A stretch of 53,246 nt of DNA from Persephonella sp. (GTDB taxonomy: Bacteria > Aquificota > Aquificia > Aquificales > Hydrogenothermaceae): the NCBI GenBank assembly GCA_003978485.1, contig QNZF01000043.1, positions 1-53,246 on the forward strand. The letters run 5' to 3'. Made by a program: the position numbers and the translations under genes. The notes under the pieces were generated by a model. That model ran no database searches and was not told the DNA's origin. It saw only the letters and a program-made list of their open reading frames with translations. Below, piece after piece: positions 1 through 9,814 of the stretch. The first letter of the stretch is position 1. Each line of letters begins with the position of its first letter.

Positions 1-750
1 GCCATAGTTTCTATAGGATTGGTTTTATACTCTCCAGTATGGTTATTTAAAATCTTTATAGCTATCCTTTCCTCTGTCTCCATATGGGAATTGTCCAATA
101 TGTTAAAGAGAAAACTTAGAAGACTATCTCCACCAGATATAACTATAATCGGCTTGACAGTGTCCATTTCCTTTTTATTCGTTAATGTATATTTAGCTTT
201 ATTGATAATATTTTTATACGCATTCTATATAGGATATAAAAGCTATAATCTATCAAATCTTACAACGATAATCTTTATATTTGTTTATGGCGGATTAGCT
301 GTTTCCAGTTTGGGAATTTTATTTGAGATTAACAGATACTTAATTTTAATCCTATTTGCTACCGTATGGTCAGGGGATGTATTTGCATACCTAACAGGTA
401 AGTTCTTAGGAAGAAATAAATTATCTCCTAATTTATCTCCTTCAAAGACCGTGGAAGGTGCAATCGGTGGAGCTACCGCTTCTATACTCTTTGGAGTGTT
501 AATAGCTTTACTTTTAGACTTTAAAGAAGCTATCTTACCTATAATTATATCTGCTTTCTTAATGCAGATAGGAGATTTATTTGAAAGTTTTATAAAGAGA
601 CAGGTAAAAGTGAAAGACAGTTCTAACATAATACCCGGTCACGGAGGAATTTTAGATAGAATAGATGCTTTAATATTCGCATCGTTAATATTTTTAATAT
701 TCTTCGCAGGCGATAAACCTTTAGCTTATTCTCTAATTCCTAGCTTTTAA
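1..750 (+). CDS. cdsA: phosphatidate cytidylyltransferase (CDP-diglyceride synthase); 5' end probably outside window
   Basis: Track ORF 19..750, but the frame stays open back to nt 1. Polytopic membrane protein with CdsA signature blocks SGDVFAYLTGKFLGRNKLSPNLSPSKTVEGAIGG and PGHGGILDRIDALIF. Confidence 0.9.
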   Translation, partial: AIVSIGLVLYSPVWLFKIFIAILSSVSIWELSNMLKRKLRRLSPPDITIIGLTVSISFLFVNVYLALLIIFLYAFYIGYKSYNLSNLTTIIFIFVYGGLAVSSLGILFEINRYLILILFATVWSGDVFAYLTGKFLGRNKLSPNLSPSKTVEGAIGGATASILFGVLIALLLDFKEAILPIIISAFLMQIGDLFESFIKRQVKVKDSSNIIPGHGGILDRIDALIFASLIFLIFFAGDKPLAYSLIPSF

Positions 751-766
751 AAAAATTTTTTGTTTA

Positions 767-1459
767 TTATTTTAATCCTCTTATTAATCCACCAATAACC
801 ATACTAATAATTTCTGCTATGATTTTTTGAGTATCAATGTTTGGTAAAATGTATTCTATAAAAATTTCCTTTGATTTAAGTTTGAATTTTTCCAATAAAA
901 ACTTATAAATATTTTCTTTTAGTTTTTTTAATTTTTCTTCTTCATCTAAATCCGCTAATTCGTTTAAGTTATTAAATAAAAATTCAAAAAAATATCTTAA
1001 GTATTTCTCATTTAATTTAGGAACTTTAATAAATATACCTTTATTTTTATTTATATCGGTGCCAATAAAAATACATGGCAAATAAGAAATAGGTATACCT
1101 AATAATCTAGCATATTTATAACTCCATGCAGGTGAAGGATCAAAAGTTGCTGTATTATCAATAAGATCCCCAAATTTTTTCTTTAAATCTTCTTTAATTT
1201 CATTATCTATTTTATCAGGTTTATATATAGATAAAAATAATATTTTTTCTCCACTCATATAATGTAAATTTTTCCAATTTTTTATCATAAAGTTTTTTAT
1301 AAAATGATCATCTTCTCTTCCCAATAAAATTACATAAAAAGAATATTTAGTTTTTTTTAAAAATTCTTTGAACTTGTCCACATTGGTAGAAAAAATGAAA
1401 GAAATATCCCTTGTCTGTTCTGAAACATCTAAAGGTGCATTATCTTTCTTTTTCATCAT
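767..1459 (-). CDS. hypothetical 230-aa protein, downstream partner of the CHAT protease gene
   Basis: Uninterrupted ORF 31 nt downstream of and co-directional with the CHAT gene. Strong SD (GAAAGGGGGG) about 5 nt before the ATG. Alternating beta/alpha-looking core, then a helical K/E-rich tail ending in hydrophobic IIAEIISMVIGGLIRGLK. No family recognised. Confidence 0.6.
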   Translation of the reverse strand: MMKKKDNAPLDVSEQTRDISFIFSTNVDKFKEFLKKTKYSFYVILLGREDDHFIKNFMIKNWKNLHYMSGEKILFLSIYKPDKIDNEIKEDLKKKFGDLIDNTATFDPSPAWSYKYARLLGIPISYLPCIFIGTDINKNKGIFIKVPKLNEKYLRYFFEFLFNNLNELADLDEEEKLKKLKENIYKFLLEKFKLKSKEIFIEYILPNIDTQKIIAEIISMVIGGLIRGLK

Positions 1460-1490
1460 TATTCCCCCCTTTCATAATATATATTTCTTT

Positions 1491-3824
1491 TTAATCACCT
1501 AAACCTATTAAGAAAAAAGTTCCCCAAAAATAAGGATGCCAACTATAGTCATTTATAATTCTTAATTGTGCTCTTTGTAAAGATTTAGCTTTACTATATC
1601 CTTTTTTTAAATTTTTATAAAATTCTTCAACTAACATATAAGTTGGATAACTTGCTATAGGCAATAAGGTAGCTATAACTGTTCTAGCACCTGCCTTTAT
1701 AAAACTACCAGTCAAACTAATATATTTGATTGAAGGATTTACATCTTCTAAATAAGTAGAACAAGCACTTAAAAAAACTAGCGATGCTTTTATAGTTAAC
1801 ATTTCTATTTCTTGAGGTAGTAAAACACCATCCTCAAACAGAAGGCCATTATAATTTATTAAAATTTTCTCATTTACAGAGTGAGTAGATATATGGATTA
1901 TATTTTTTCCTTCAGCTTCTTTTAGGAAAATATCCTTTTTTGCTGGATAAGGTTGAAAATTACATAGTTTAGCAACCAATTTTGCTTCTTTCTCAGCTAG
2001 CTTTGGTCCTCCTTTTTTTTCAGGTAATCCAATAACTAAACATTTATCGCTATTTTCTTCTTCATTTTTTAAAATTCTAAATACAGATAGCGAAGGAAGG
2101 TAAGCAATAGGAATTTCTTCTATTAAAAAAGTTTCTTCTCCGTTTTCTTTTTTTATTAACGCATGGAATGGAAGTTTAGCAAGTTCACCGTAAGGTATTA
2201 TATAAAGCATTTCCTTATTTTTTATAAATTCATATACAGGTTTAATTAATAAATCATAAGAAATTATTAAATTTTCCTCCGGTTCAAATAAAGAAGAAAA
2301 TTCAGGTATATTATCTTCTAACTCTTTATAACTAGTAAAATTTTCCCTTATTAATATTTGTAAAAATATGTTTAAAATACCTTTAAATAGGTTAATATCC
2401 TTAAATTTAATATCTTTAATATCTAATATCCCTTTGTTATTAATGATAAACATATATATTTTATCCTTTGTTAAAAAATATTCTAATAATAAAGTATTTT
2501 CTGGTATAAGTGAAAAAACATTTTCTTCTTCCAAATTTACAGGATGAGCCTTTAAATAAAAAATTTTAAATTTATTATTTCTAATTAGTAAATCTTCTAA
2601 TGTGCCCAGTTCCTCTAATATTTGGTTAATTCTTAATATATTTAACTCTTCATTTTTATCTTCGGGAATATAGAAACTTAAATAGTTTAATTCTTCAAGC
2701 AATTTTTTTCGTCTATTTGCTAGTTCCTTATTACTTTCTAAATCTAGAGTATTTAGTTTAAGCCTCCAACTTTCTAGAAATACTCTACTGTTTATTTTTT
2801 CCAAGTATTCTAAAGCTTTTTCTTTATATTTTTTTTCTACTTTTCCTAATTCTATACAACAAATCACCATATTTTCGTAAATATATTTATGTTTATTAAT
2901 AAACTCCAGAATTAGTTGAGGAGAAAAAATTTTAAAAATTTTCCTTTCTAATTTTTCTATATATGGCTTTAGTAGATTATAACAATTTTCATATCTTCCT
3001 AAATCTAAAAAAATAGAAGATAAATTTCTATTAATTTCTAATTCAAGATTTTCGTAAATTTCCTTTTTATCTATATTCTTCAACTCATTTTTGGCTAAAT
3101 TTAAGCAATTTATAGATTTACAAAGATTATAATGCCTATACATAGAGGATAGATTTAATAATGAGTAAATTTTTGTTTCCGGGGGACAATCTAAATCTAA
3201 TAATTTTTCAAAAAAAAAGCTTCCTCTTTTTAAATGTTGTTGGGAATTAGATAAATTTTCCTTTAATAAAATACTAATTTTATGCTGATACAAACTTAAA
3301 ATTCCATTCTGTAAATAAAAATCACATACTAAATCTAATTCTTTACTTGATTTCTCTTTAATTTTATCCAGTAAAATTTCTATAATTTTAAAAAAGCCAT
3401 TTACCATTTGAATAATCTTTTTTATCTTTTCATTTCTTTCATTAACGCCTTCATCCTTTATCCCGTACTCATCAATTAGCACCTCTAATTCTGATAAAAG
3501 TTTATCTATTTCTATTAACTTTGATTTTGAGTGATAAAGGAACATATATACGGCATATCTAGATTTAATAATATCTAAACTCTTTAATTTTTTTAAAAAT
3601 ATTTCTCTGTCTTCTATAAATGGAAAAATAGTCTCATTTAAAATTACTGCAGTTTCAATCATAGTATAAAATTCTTTAAACCAACTTTTTGTTTCTTTAC
3701 CTTTTAATAAAGTCTCAAAAGCTTTTAGAACCTTATTATCAATATTAGGAGCAAATTCTGAAATTACATCAAAACCTTCCTTTTTTGATTTTACATTTTT
3801 TAATAAAGTAATAAGATCCAACAT
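1491..3824 (-). CDS. TPR-like repeat / CHAT-domain (caspase-like) protease, 777 aa
   Basis: The C-terminal ~280 aa carries the CHAT His/Cys dyad context (NIIHISTHS ... SLVFLSACSTY) and ends WHPYFWGTFFLIGLG, typical of CHAT domains. The N-terminal ~480 aa is helical-repeat (TPR-like) sequence. Confidence 0.85.
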   Translation of the reverse strand: MLDLITLLKNVKSKKEGFDVISEFAPNIDNKVLKAFETLLKGKETKSWFKEFYTMIETAVILNETIFPFIEDREIFLKKLKSLDIIKSRYAVYMFLYHSKSKLIEIDKLLSELEVLIDEYGIKDEGVNERNEKIKKIIQMVNGFFKIIEILLDKIKEKSSKELDLVCDFYLQNGILSLYQHKISILLKENLSNSQQHLKRGSFFFEKLLDLDCPPETKIYSLLNLSSMYRHYNLCKSINCLNLAKNELKNIDKKEIYENLELEINRNLSSIFLDLGRYENCYNLLKPYIEKLERKIFKIFSPQLILEFINKHKYIYENMVICCIELGKVEKKYKEKALEYLEKINSRVFLESWRLKLNTLDLESNKELANRRKKLLEELNYLSFYIPEDKNEELNILRINQILEELGTLEDLLIRNNKFKIFYLKAHPVNLEEENVFSLIPENTLLLEYFLTKDKIYMFIINNKGILDIKDIKFKDINLFKGILNIFLQILIRENFTSYKELEDNIPEFSSLFEPEENLIISYDLLIKPVYEFIKNKEMLYIIPYGELAKLPFHALIKKENGEETFLIEEIPIAYLPSLSVFRILKNEEENSDKCLVIGLPEKKGGPKLAEKEAKLVAKLCNFQPYPAKKDIFLKEAEGKNIIHISTHSVNEKILINYNGLLFEDGVLLPQEIEMLTIKASLVFLSACSTYLEDVNPSIKYISLTGSFIKAGARTVIATLLPIASYPTYMLVEEFYKNLKKGYSKAKSLQRAQLRIINDYSWHPYFWGTFFLIGLGD

Positions 3825-4037
3825 TATCCTAAAATAATATAATTTTATTAATTAATAGTTAGATTAAGCCAAATTTAATAACAAAAAGCAATGATATTTT
3901 TATACCAAAACAGTTTTAAAATGCTAATTTAAAACATTAGTTGCAAACCGTAGTGATTTTAAGATCCAATAAATAATTAAAATTTTTTATCTCTTAATCT
4001 ATTTCCATAATTGAACCAATCTATTACAGTATTAGTA

Positions 4038-5063
4038 TTACTTCCAAACTCCTGCTATTTCGGTATTACATTTAGGACATTTACCATCTATAAGATTTAC
4101 CTTAACATTTTGACCTATATGACCACTTCTCTCTATTACTTTAAAATTACAATTTGGACAGTATGTACTTTCTCTATCCTCATCATCAAAATTTCCGACG
4201 TAAACGTAATGTAAACCTGCTTCTTTACCTATATCGTAAGCCATTTTTAATGTTTCTATAGGTGTAGGAGGTTTATCCATCATTTTATAAGCAGGGAAAA
4301 ATCTAGATATATGCCAAGGTATATTTTTATCTATTGAAGCTATAAAGTTTGCTATTTCTTTAAGTTCTTCCTTACTGTCATTCTCATTTGGAATAATTAA
4401 TGTTGTTAGTTCTATCCAAATTCCAAGCTTATAAGCATGTTCTATTGTTTTTAATACAGGTTTTAATCTAGCACAGGATATTTCCCTATAAAATCTATCT
4501 GTAAAAGCTTTCAAATCTATATTCATTGCGTCCATATAAGGAGCCAATGTTTCCAGAGCTTCCTTTGTTTCATAACCACTTGATACAAAAACGTTTCTTA
4601 TACCGTTTTCTTTAGCCAATTTCATTGTGTCGTAAGCGTATTCAAAGAAAACTACAGGTTCGTTATAGGTATATGCTATTGAAGGTATATTGTAAGTCTT
4701 ACATATTTCAACTATAGTTTCAGGCATTAAAGTTCTACCGAAAACTTCTCCATTATGTGTTTGTGGATATTGGGAAATTTCCCAGTTTTGACAAAATTTA
4801 CAACAAAAATTACATCCTACAGTTCCTATAGACAAAATCGGAGTTGATGGTAAAAAATGGAATAAAGGTTTTTTTTCTATTGGGTCAACGTTAAAAGCCG
4901 CCGCTAATCCATAAGTAGTTAGATACAGATTTCCATCTTCTTTGACCTTTCTAATACCACACTTACCTAACTCGTTTATATCTAAAACACATCTTTGATT
5001 ACAGGCTTTACACAGAACTTTACCATCTTTTCTTTTTTCTGACATCCAAGCTAATACTTCCAT
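4038..5063 (-). CDS. amrS: AmmeMemoRadiSam-system radical SAM enzyme
   Basis: N-terminal Cys cluster (CKACNQRCVL..GKCGIRK), DPIEKKPLFHFLP block, radical-SAM CxxxCxxC (GCNFCCKFCQNWEISQ), C-terminal CPNC..CPKC zinc-ribbon-like pair. Matches my recollection of this family closely. Confidence 0.8.
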   Translation of the reverse strand: MEVLAWMSEKRKDGKVLCKACNQRCVLDINELGKCGIRKVKEDGNLYLTTYGLAAAFNVDPIEKKPLFHFLPSTPILSIGTVGCNFCCKFCQNWEISQYPQTHNGEVFGRTLMPETIVEICKTYNIPSIAYTYNEPVVFFEYAYDTMKLAKENGIRNVFVSSGYETKEALETLAPYMDAMNIDLKAFTDRFYREISCARLKPVLKTIEHAYKLGIWIELTTLIIPNENDSKEELKEIANFIASIDKNIPWHISRFFPAYKMMDKPPTPIETLKMAYDIGKEAGLHYVYVGNFDDEDRESTYCPNCNFKVIERSGHIGQNVKVNLIDGKCPKCNTEIAGVWK

Positions 5064-5287
5064 ATTGATACCTTCTTTATTATTTTTTTATTAATTAAAA
5101 TATATAAATATGAAAATTTGACAATATTGTTATAAAATAAATTATTGTAAATTCATCAAAATTTACATTTATGCCTTTTTACAGATAGGAAAATCATAAT
5201 AAAGTTTCCTTTAATAGATTAAACTAGACTAATCTTTAAATTTTTATAATTTATAATATTTAACTAAAATTTTGGAGGAAATAGTAA

Positions 5288-5893
5288 ATGGATATAGAAA
5301 AAATAGTTAATCAATTAGTTCCGATAGTTGTAGAGCAAACGCCTAGAGGAGAAAGGGCATATGATATATACTCAAGACTTTTAAAAGATAGAATTATACT
5401 TCTTGGCTTTCCAATAGATGACCATATAGCAAACTTAATAGTTGCTCAACTATTATTTTTAGAAGCTGAAGACCCAGAAAAAGATATTTATATGTATATT
5501 AACTCTCCCGGTGGAGTTGTTACGGCAGGTCTGGCTATATATGACACAATGAATTATATAAAACCTGATGTTGTAACAATATGTATGGGACAGGCTGCGT
5601 CTATGGGAGCTTTCCTCCTATCAGCAGGAACAAAGGGCAAAAGGTACGCATTACCTAGTTCAAGAATAATGATACATCAACCTTTAGGTGGTTTTCAGGG
5701 ACAGGCTACAGATATAGAGATACATGCTAAAGAGATATTAAGATTAAAAAGATATTTAAATGAAAAATTGGCAGAGCATACTGGACAACCTATAGAAAAG
5801 ATTGAACAGGACACAGAAAGAGATTACTTTATGTCAGCTGAAGAAGCCGTAGAATACGGTCTTATAGATAAAGTAATTAAATCAAGGGGATAA
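5288..5893 (+). CDS. clpP: ATP-dependent Clp protease proteolytic subunit
   Basis: Canonical ClpP sequence ([36 protein letters not shown]). AGGAGG SD upstream. Confidence 0.97.
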   Translation: MDIEKIVNQLVPIVVEQTPRGERAYDIYSRLLKDRIILLGFPIDDHIANLIVAQLLFLEAEDPEKDIYMYINSPGGVVTAGLAIYDTMNYIKPDVVTICMGQAASMGAFLLSAGTKGKRYALPSSRIMIHQPLGGFQGQATDIEIHAKEILRLKRYLNEKLAEHTGQPIEKIEQDTERDYFMSAEEAVEYGLIDKVIKSRG

Positions 5894-5907
5894 AAGAGGT
5901 ATAAAAG

Positions 5908-7158
5908 GTGAGTAATCATAAATGTTTTTTATGTGGTGTAGAAGAAAAAAAAGCAAACTTAATGTTAGAGCTTCCAAATAATTTGTATGTATGTGATAAG
6001 TGCGTTAATGATTGTTATAAGATAGTTAAAACTGAACTTGAAGAGAAGTTTAGAGAAGGTAAAGATTTAAAGGAATTACCTAAGCCTATAGAAATAAAAA
6101 AGATTTTAGATGAATATGTAATAGGACAGGATAAAGCCAAAAAGCTACTATCTGTTGCAGTTTACAACCACTACAAGAGAATTTTAGCTAAAGAAAAAGG
6201 TCTTAATTTTGATGAAGATGTTGAGATAGAAAAAAGTAATATTCTACTAATAGGACCTACAGGTTCAGGAAAAACTCTTTTAGCTAGGACTTTAGCAAAG
6301 ATTTTAGATGTTCCTTTTGCCATAGCTGATGCAACTAACATAACAGAAGCTGGATATGTTGGTGAAGATGTTGAAAGTATTCTAGTTAGATTAGTTCAAG
6401 CGGCAGATTACGATATAGAGAAAGCAGAAAAAGGTATAGTTTACATAGATGAAATAGATAAAATAGCTAAGAAGAGCGGAGAAAATCCTTCTATAACTAG
6501 AGATGTATCAGGTGAAGGTGTTCAACAGGCATTACTAAAAATTTTAGAGGGAACTATAGCCAACATACCGCCACAAGGTGGAAGAAAACATCCACATCAG
6601 GAGTTTATACAGTTAGATACATCAAACATACTTTTTATACTAGGTGGTGCTTTCGTTGGTTTGGAAGACATAATAAGACAACGTTTAGGTAAGAAATCCA
6701 TTGGTTTTGAGGCAGAAATAAAAACAAAAGAAGAAGAAAAGGATTTATTATCAAAGGTTCAGGTTGAAGATTTAATAAAGTATGGTTTAATACCTGAATT
6801 TGTAGGAAGAATACCTGTTATAGCAACATTAGAAGAATTAGATGAGGAAGCGTTAGTCAGAGTGTTAACTGAACCTAAAAATGCATTGATAAAGCAGTAT
6901 AAAAAATTATTGGCTATGGATGGAGTAGATTTAGAGTTTACCCAAGAGGCATTGAGGGAAATAGCAAAAGAAGCCATAAAGAGAAAGACAGGAGCAAGGG
7001 GTTTAAGAGCTATAGTTGAAGAGATAATGACGGATATAATGTATAAAATACCTTCTATGAAAAGCGTTAAGAAGGTTATAATTGACAAAGATGTCGTTCT
7101 AAAAAAGAAAGAACCAACTATAATAACTGAAGAAAAAGAGAAAAATGCAGTTAGTTAA
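5908..7158 (+). CDS. clpX: ATP-dependent Clp protease ATP-binding subunit ClpX
   Basis: N-terminal zinc finger (CFLCG..CDKC), Walker A GPTGSGKT, Walker [16 protein letters not shown] sensor. GTG start 15 nt after clpP. Confidence 0.97.
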   Translation: MSNHKCFLCGVEEKKANLMLELPNNLYVCDKCVNDCYKIVKTELEEKFREGKDLKELPKPIEIKKILDEYVIGQDKAKKLLSVAVYNHYKRILAKEKGLNFDEDVEIEKSNILLIGPTGSGKTLLARTLAKILDVPFAIADATNITEAGYVGEDVESILVRLVQAADYDIEKAEKGIVYIDEIDKIAKKSGENPSITRDVSGEGVQQALLKILEGTIANIPPQGGRKHPHQEFIQLDTSNILFILGGAFVGLEDIIRQRLGKKSIGFEAEIKTKEEEKDLLSKVQVEDLIKYGLIPEFVGRIPVIATLEELDEEALVRVLTEPKNALIKQYKKLLAMDGVDLEFTQEALREIAKEAIKRKTGARGLRAIVEEIMTDIMYKIPSMKSVKKVIIDKDVVLKKKEPTIITEEKEKNAVS

Positions 7159-7732
7159 AAAATCAAAATTTGTTAAAAGTGCTGTCAATAGGGAGGATTT
7201 TCCTCCCCCAATATATCCAGAAGTTGCAGTTGTAGGTCGTTCAAATGTGGGAAAGTCTTCTATAATTAACGCTATTTTAGGTAGAAATATAGCTAAGGTT
7301 TCATCTTCACCGGGGAAAACTAGACTTATAAACTTTTTCTTAGTAAATGATAATTTTTACTTTGTAGATTTACCGGGGTATGGATTTGCTAAGGTTTCCA
7401 AAAGGGAAAAGGATAAATGGAAGAGAATGATAGAGAATTATTTCCGAACTAGGGAAAATTTAAAATTCGTTATTCTTTTAGTTGATAGTAGGCATAAACC
7501 TACACAGTTAGATATTATGATGAAGGAATGGTTAGAAGCTTTAAATATCCCTTTTATAGTTGTTGGAACAAAGGTTGACAAATTAAATCAAAGCGAAAAG
7601 GCTAAAGCAAAAAAAATTATCAGAGAAACTTTAAATTTAAGTAAGGATATACCTGTATTTTTAACTTCTTCCAAAGAGAAAACAGGGATAAACGAGTTGA
7701 CAAAATTTATTATTGATAATTTAGTAGTTTGA
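7145..7732 (+). CDS. engB: ribosome biogenesis GTP-binding protein YihA/YsxC
   Basis: G1 [10 protein letters not shown]3 DLPGYG and G4 TKVDK motifs. 14-nt overlap with the clpX end. Confidence 0.9.
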   Translation: MQLVKKSKFVKSAVNREDFPPPIYPEVAVVGRSNVGKSSIINAILGRNIAKVSSSPGKTRLINFFLVNDNFYFVDLPGYGFAKVSKREKDKWKRMIENYFRTRENLKFVILLVDSRHKPTQLDIMMKEWLEALNIPFIVVGTKVDKLNQSEKAKAKKIIRETLNLSKDIPVFLTSSKEKTGINELTKFIIDNLVV

Positions 7733-7775
7733 AAATTATAGTTATACATTTTAACTAAATATAAAGATTAACTCC

Positions 7776-9374
7776 CTACTTTCCAAAACCTCCGTATCCG
7801 CCTCCTCTATATGTAGAGCCTAAACTTCTTCCAAATTTTTCCACTCTTCTTTCAATCTTATACTCTTCTATCTTTTGTTTATCCAAACCATACTTTTTAG
7901 CGTAATCTTCTAAAACTTTTTTTCTTGAGTAATAATCTAACAATTTACCTTTTTTATAATCGTTAGGATAGTTAGGGTCAGGAAGAATAATCTCTGGAAG
8001 TCTATATCTTATTATATACAGGATAGGCAATAAATCTGGATTTGTTATAGTTCCTGAATAGTATGGATTATTTAAAACTTTTGTGTAAATCTCTTTAGGT
8101 TTGATTAATATTTGGTCTTCAAAATATCCTAAAGGTTTAGCCATTACTACAGTATTTAAATATCTAAAAGTATTAAATGTTCTCTCATCAACTTCAACCC
8201 ATTCTACCTTCTTTGGAGTTTTTAAACCTGTTATCTCGTATAGATGGTAATAAACTGGATAAATATCTTCCAAATAAACCTCAAAAGTATTGTCTCCAAC
8301 AGGAATAGAAGGTAGTATATACCTTTCTAATATTTGATAAAGTTCATTATCTTCAATTTTGCAAACCACTGTATAATTTTTACCTTTACATAGATATACA
8401 TCACCTTTTGTTTTTTTCATAAAATTAACTAATCTTTTAAATAATTCCTCTGATATGTTAATTTCCTTATAAAATGAGTGTTCCTCTGGATAATCTAAAT
8501 AATCATCCCAAGAATATACTGAAAATATTGCCTTATAAATAACTTTTTTATCTTTTAACAAGACAAAATAATCTTTATCTAACTCTTTAAATGTATCTTT
8601 AAACTCTCTAAATATACTTAAAATTTCAACACCTATTCCCTCGTTTATAAACTTGCTAAATAGATAAAAGTTATCATTAGAAATTGCAGACTTTATACTG
8701 TTTTTTATTTTAATTAACTTATTCTGATAAAACTTTCCCCTATCTACTATCTCTTTATAGTTAAAGTTATACTCTAAAGCCTTCTGTTCTGTAATCTTTT
8801 GAATGTTGTCAACTATACTGTCAATTTTAGCAATATCTTTTAATAACTCCTGTTTATACCTTTCTTTATTCGCTTTACCATCTTTATAATAAAAAATAAT
8901 CTGTTTTATTCTTTTAATTTCTGTATTTGCAGAATTAACTTTTGTTTTAAAGTTGTTAAGGGCTATACTGTATTTATAATCACAGCTATTTTTACAAAAT
9001 AGCTCACAGTTTTCTGAAGAAAACCTGTTTGGGTCATAGATAGATTTTTCATTTTCTAACTGTTTAATCTTTTCTTCAGTCTGTTTAATTTTCTTCTCTA
9101 AAATTTTATCTAAACCAAATTTTGTTATATATTTAAAATCTGTTTTCTTTAGATTTTCATACTCTTTCTTTAATTGGTTCAGCTCCTCCTTTTCTAAATC
9201 AAGGATAGCAAAGACCCTATCTTTTTTCTCTACCTCATAATCACTTATTATTTTGCAAGGGCTAATAAAAGCTCCATATATGAAGTATAAAAAGAAAGAT
9301 ACTGCTAATAATGAACCGATAAATTTTTTTAATTTAACCGTATTTATAAGATTGTTATCGCCATCTACAAAAGC
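7776..9374 (-). CDS. secreted/lipoprotein-like hypothetical protein (~529 aa) with unresolved start; the track shows only the C-terminal 261 aa (7776..8561)
   Basis: I checked every codon: the minus-strand frame of ORF 7776..8561 continues stop-free up to 9374, with no ATG/GTG/TTG in the first 271 codons. The N-terminus reads ..NTVKLKKFIGSLLAVSFFLYFIYGAFISPC (signal/lipobox-like), followed by a coiled-coil region, a Cys cluster CELFCKNSC and a Gly-rich tail YRGGGYGGFGK. Confidence 0.55.
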   Translation of the reverse strand, partial: AFVDGDNNLINTVKLKKFIGSLLAVSFFLYFIYGAFISPCKIISDYEVEKKDRVFAILDLEKEELNQLKKEYENLKKTDFKYITKFGLDKILEKKIKQTEEKIKQLENEKSIYDPNRFSSENCELFCKNSCDYKYSIALNNFKTKVNSANTEIKRIKQIIFYYKDGKANKERYKQELLKDIAKIDSIVDNIQKITEQKALEYNFNYKEIVDRGKFYQNKLIKIKNSIKSAISNDNFYLFSKFINEGIGVEILSIFREFKDTFKELDKDYFVLLKDKKVIYKAIFSVYSWDDYLDYPEEHSFYKEINISEELFKRLVNFMKKTKGDVYLCKGKNYTVVCKIEDNELYQILERYILPSIPVGDNTFEVYLEDIYPVYYHLYEITGLKTPKKVEWVEVDERTFNTFRYLNTVVMAKPLGYFEDQILIKPKEIYTKVLNNPYYSGTITNPDLLPILYIIRYRLPEIILPDPNYPNDYKKGKLLDYYSRKKVLEDYAKKYGLDKQKIEEYKIERRVEKFGRSLGSTYRGGGYGGFGK

Positions 9375-9814
9375 TTAAGCTCTTCTACCTCTTCCTCTTT
9401 ATAAACTTCTCTCTCAACTTTTCCGTCAGTTTCATACTCTTCTATTGAGTATAATCTACCGTCACATTTAACTGTATAATACTTGTAATTCTTCCCCAAA
9501 CCACTTTCTATGGTTTGGCATATACCTTTAACATACTTTTCAAGTATATTAATCTCTTCATTTAAAGGTAATCTTTTCCAAAGTGTGTACCTGTCCTCTT
9601 CAACATCTAAATAACTTTTCTTATTACTTAAAAGTTCACTTAATTTATATTCTGTCCAATCTTCATAAACAGCTTTTTCCTCTATTAAATAGTAATTACC
9701 ATTTATCTTTAAAAGAGTACCAATTGGGAGATTATAAATATTTCTACTTTTAGGTCTTTTTGCTTTTTTTAAATTTTTTATTGCAATTTTTAACTCATCC
9801 CAACTTTTAACCAT
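9365..9814 (-). CDS. DUF4178-like hypothetical protein (149 aa)
   Basis: Pattern G..L.I.G..Y.V.........W.EY.L.......YL.VEED...LW resembles DUF4178 as I recall it. The ATG overlaps the ribD stop by 8 nt, and its TAG abuts an ATG at 9364. Confidence 0.55.
   Translation of the reverse strand: MVKSWDELKIAIKNLKKAKRPKSRNIYNLPIGTLLKINGNYYLIEEKAVYEDWTEYKLSELLSNKKSYLDVEEDRYTLWKRLPLNEEINILEKYVKGICQTIESGLGKNYKYYTVKCDGRLYSIEEYETDGKVEREVYKEEEVEELKLL

Noticed and set aside
4011-4214. 67-aa plus-strand ORF at the 3' end of the radical SAM gene, and the ORFs 13385..13627- and 13473..13664+ at the norB 3' end
   Set aside because: They overlap the well-supported amrS and norB coding sequences or the norB terminator. 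The translations are hydrophobic or low-complexity with no start context.
9343-9364. Programmed -1 ribosomal frameshift from the mini-ORF ATG GCG ATA ACA ATC TTA TAA into the long frame
   Set aside because: There is no X XXY YYZ slippery heptamer and no obvious downstream stimulatory structure. A one-base indel in the GG run next to the ATG is the simpler explanation, so it is kept only as an alternative within the finding.
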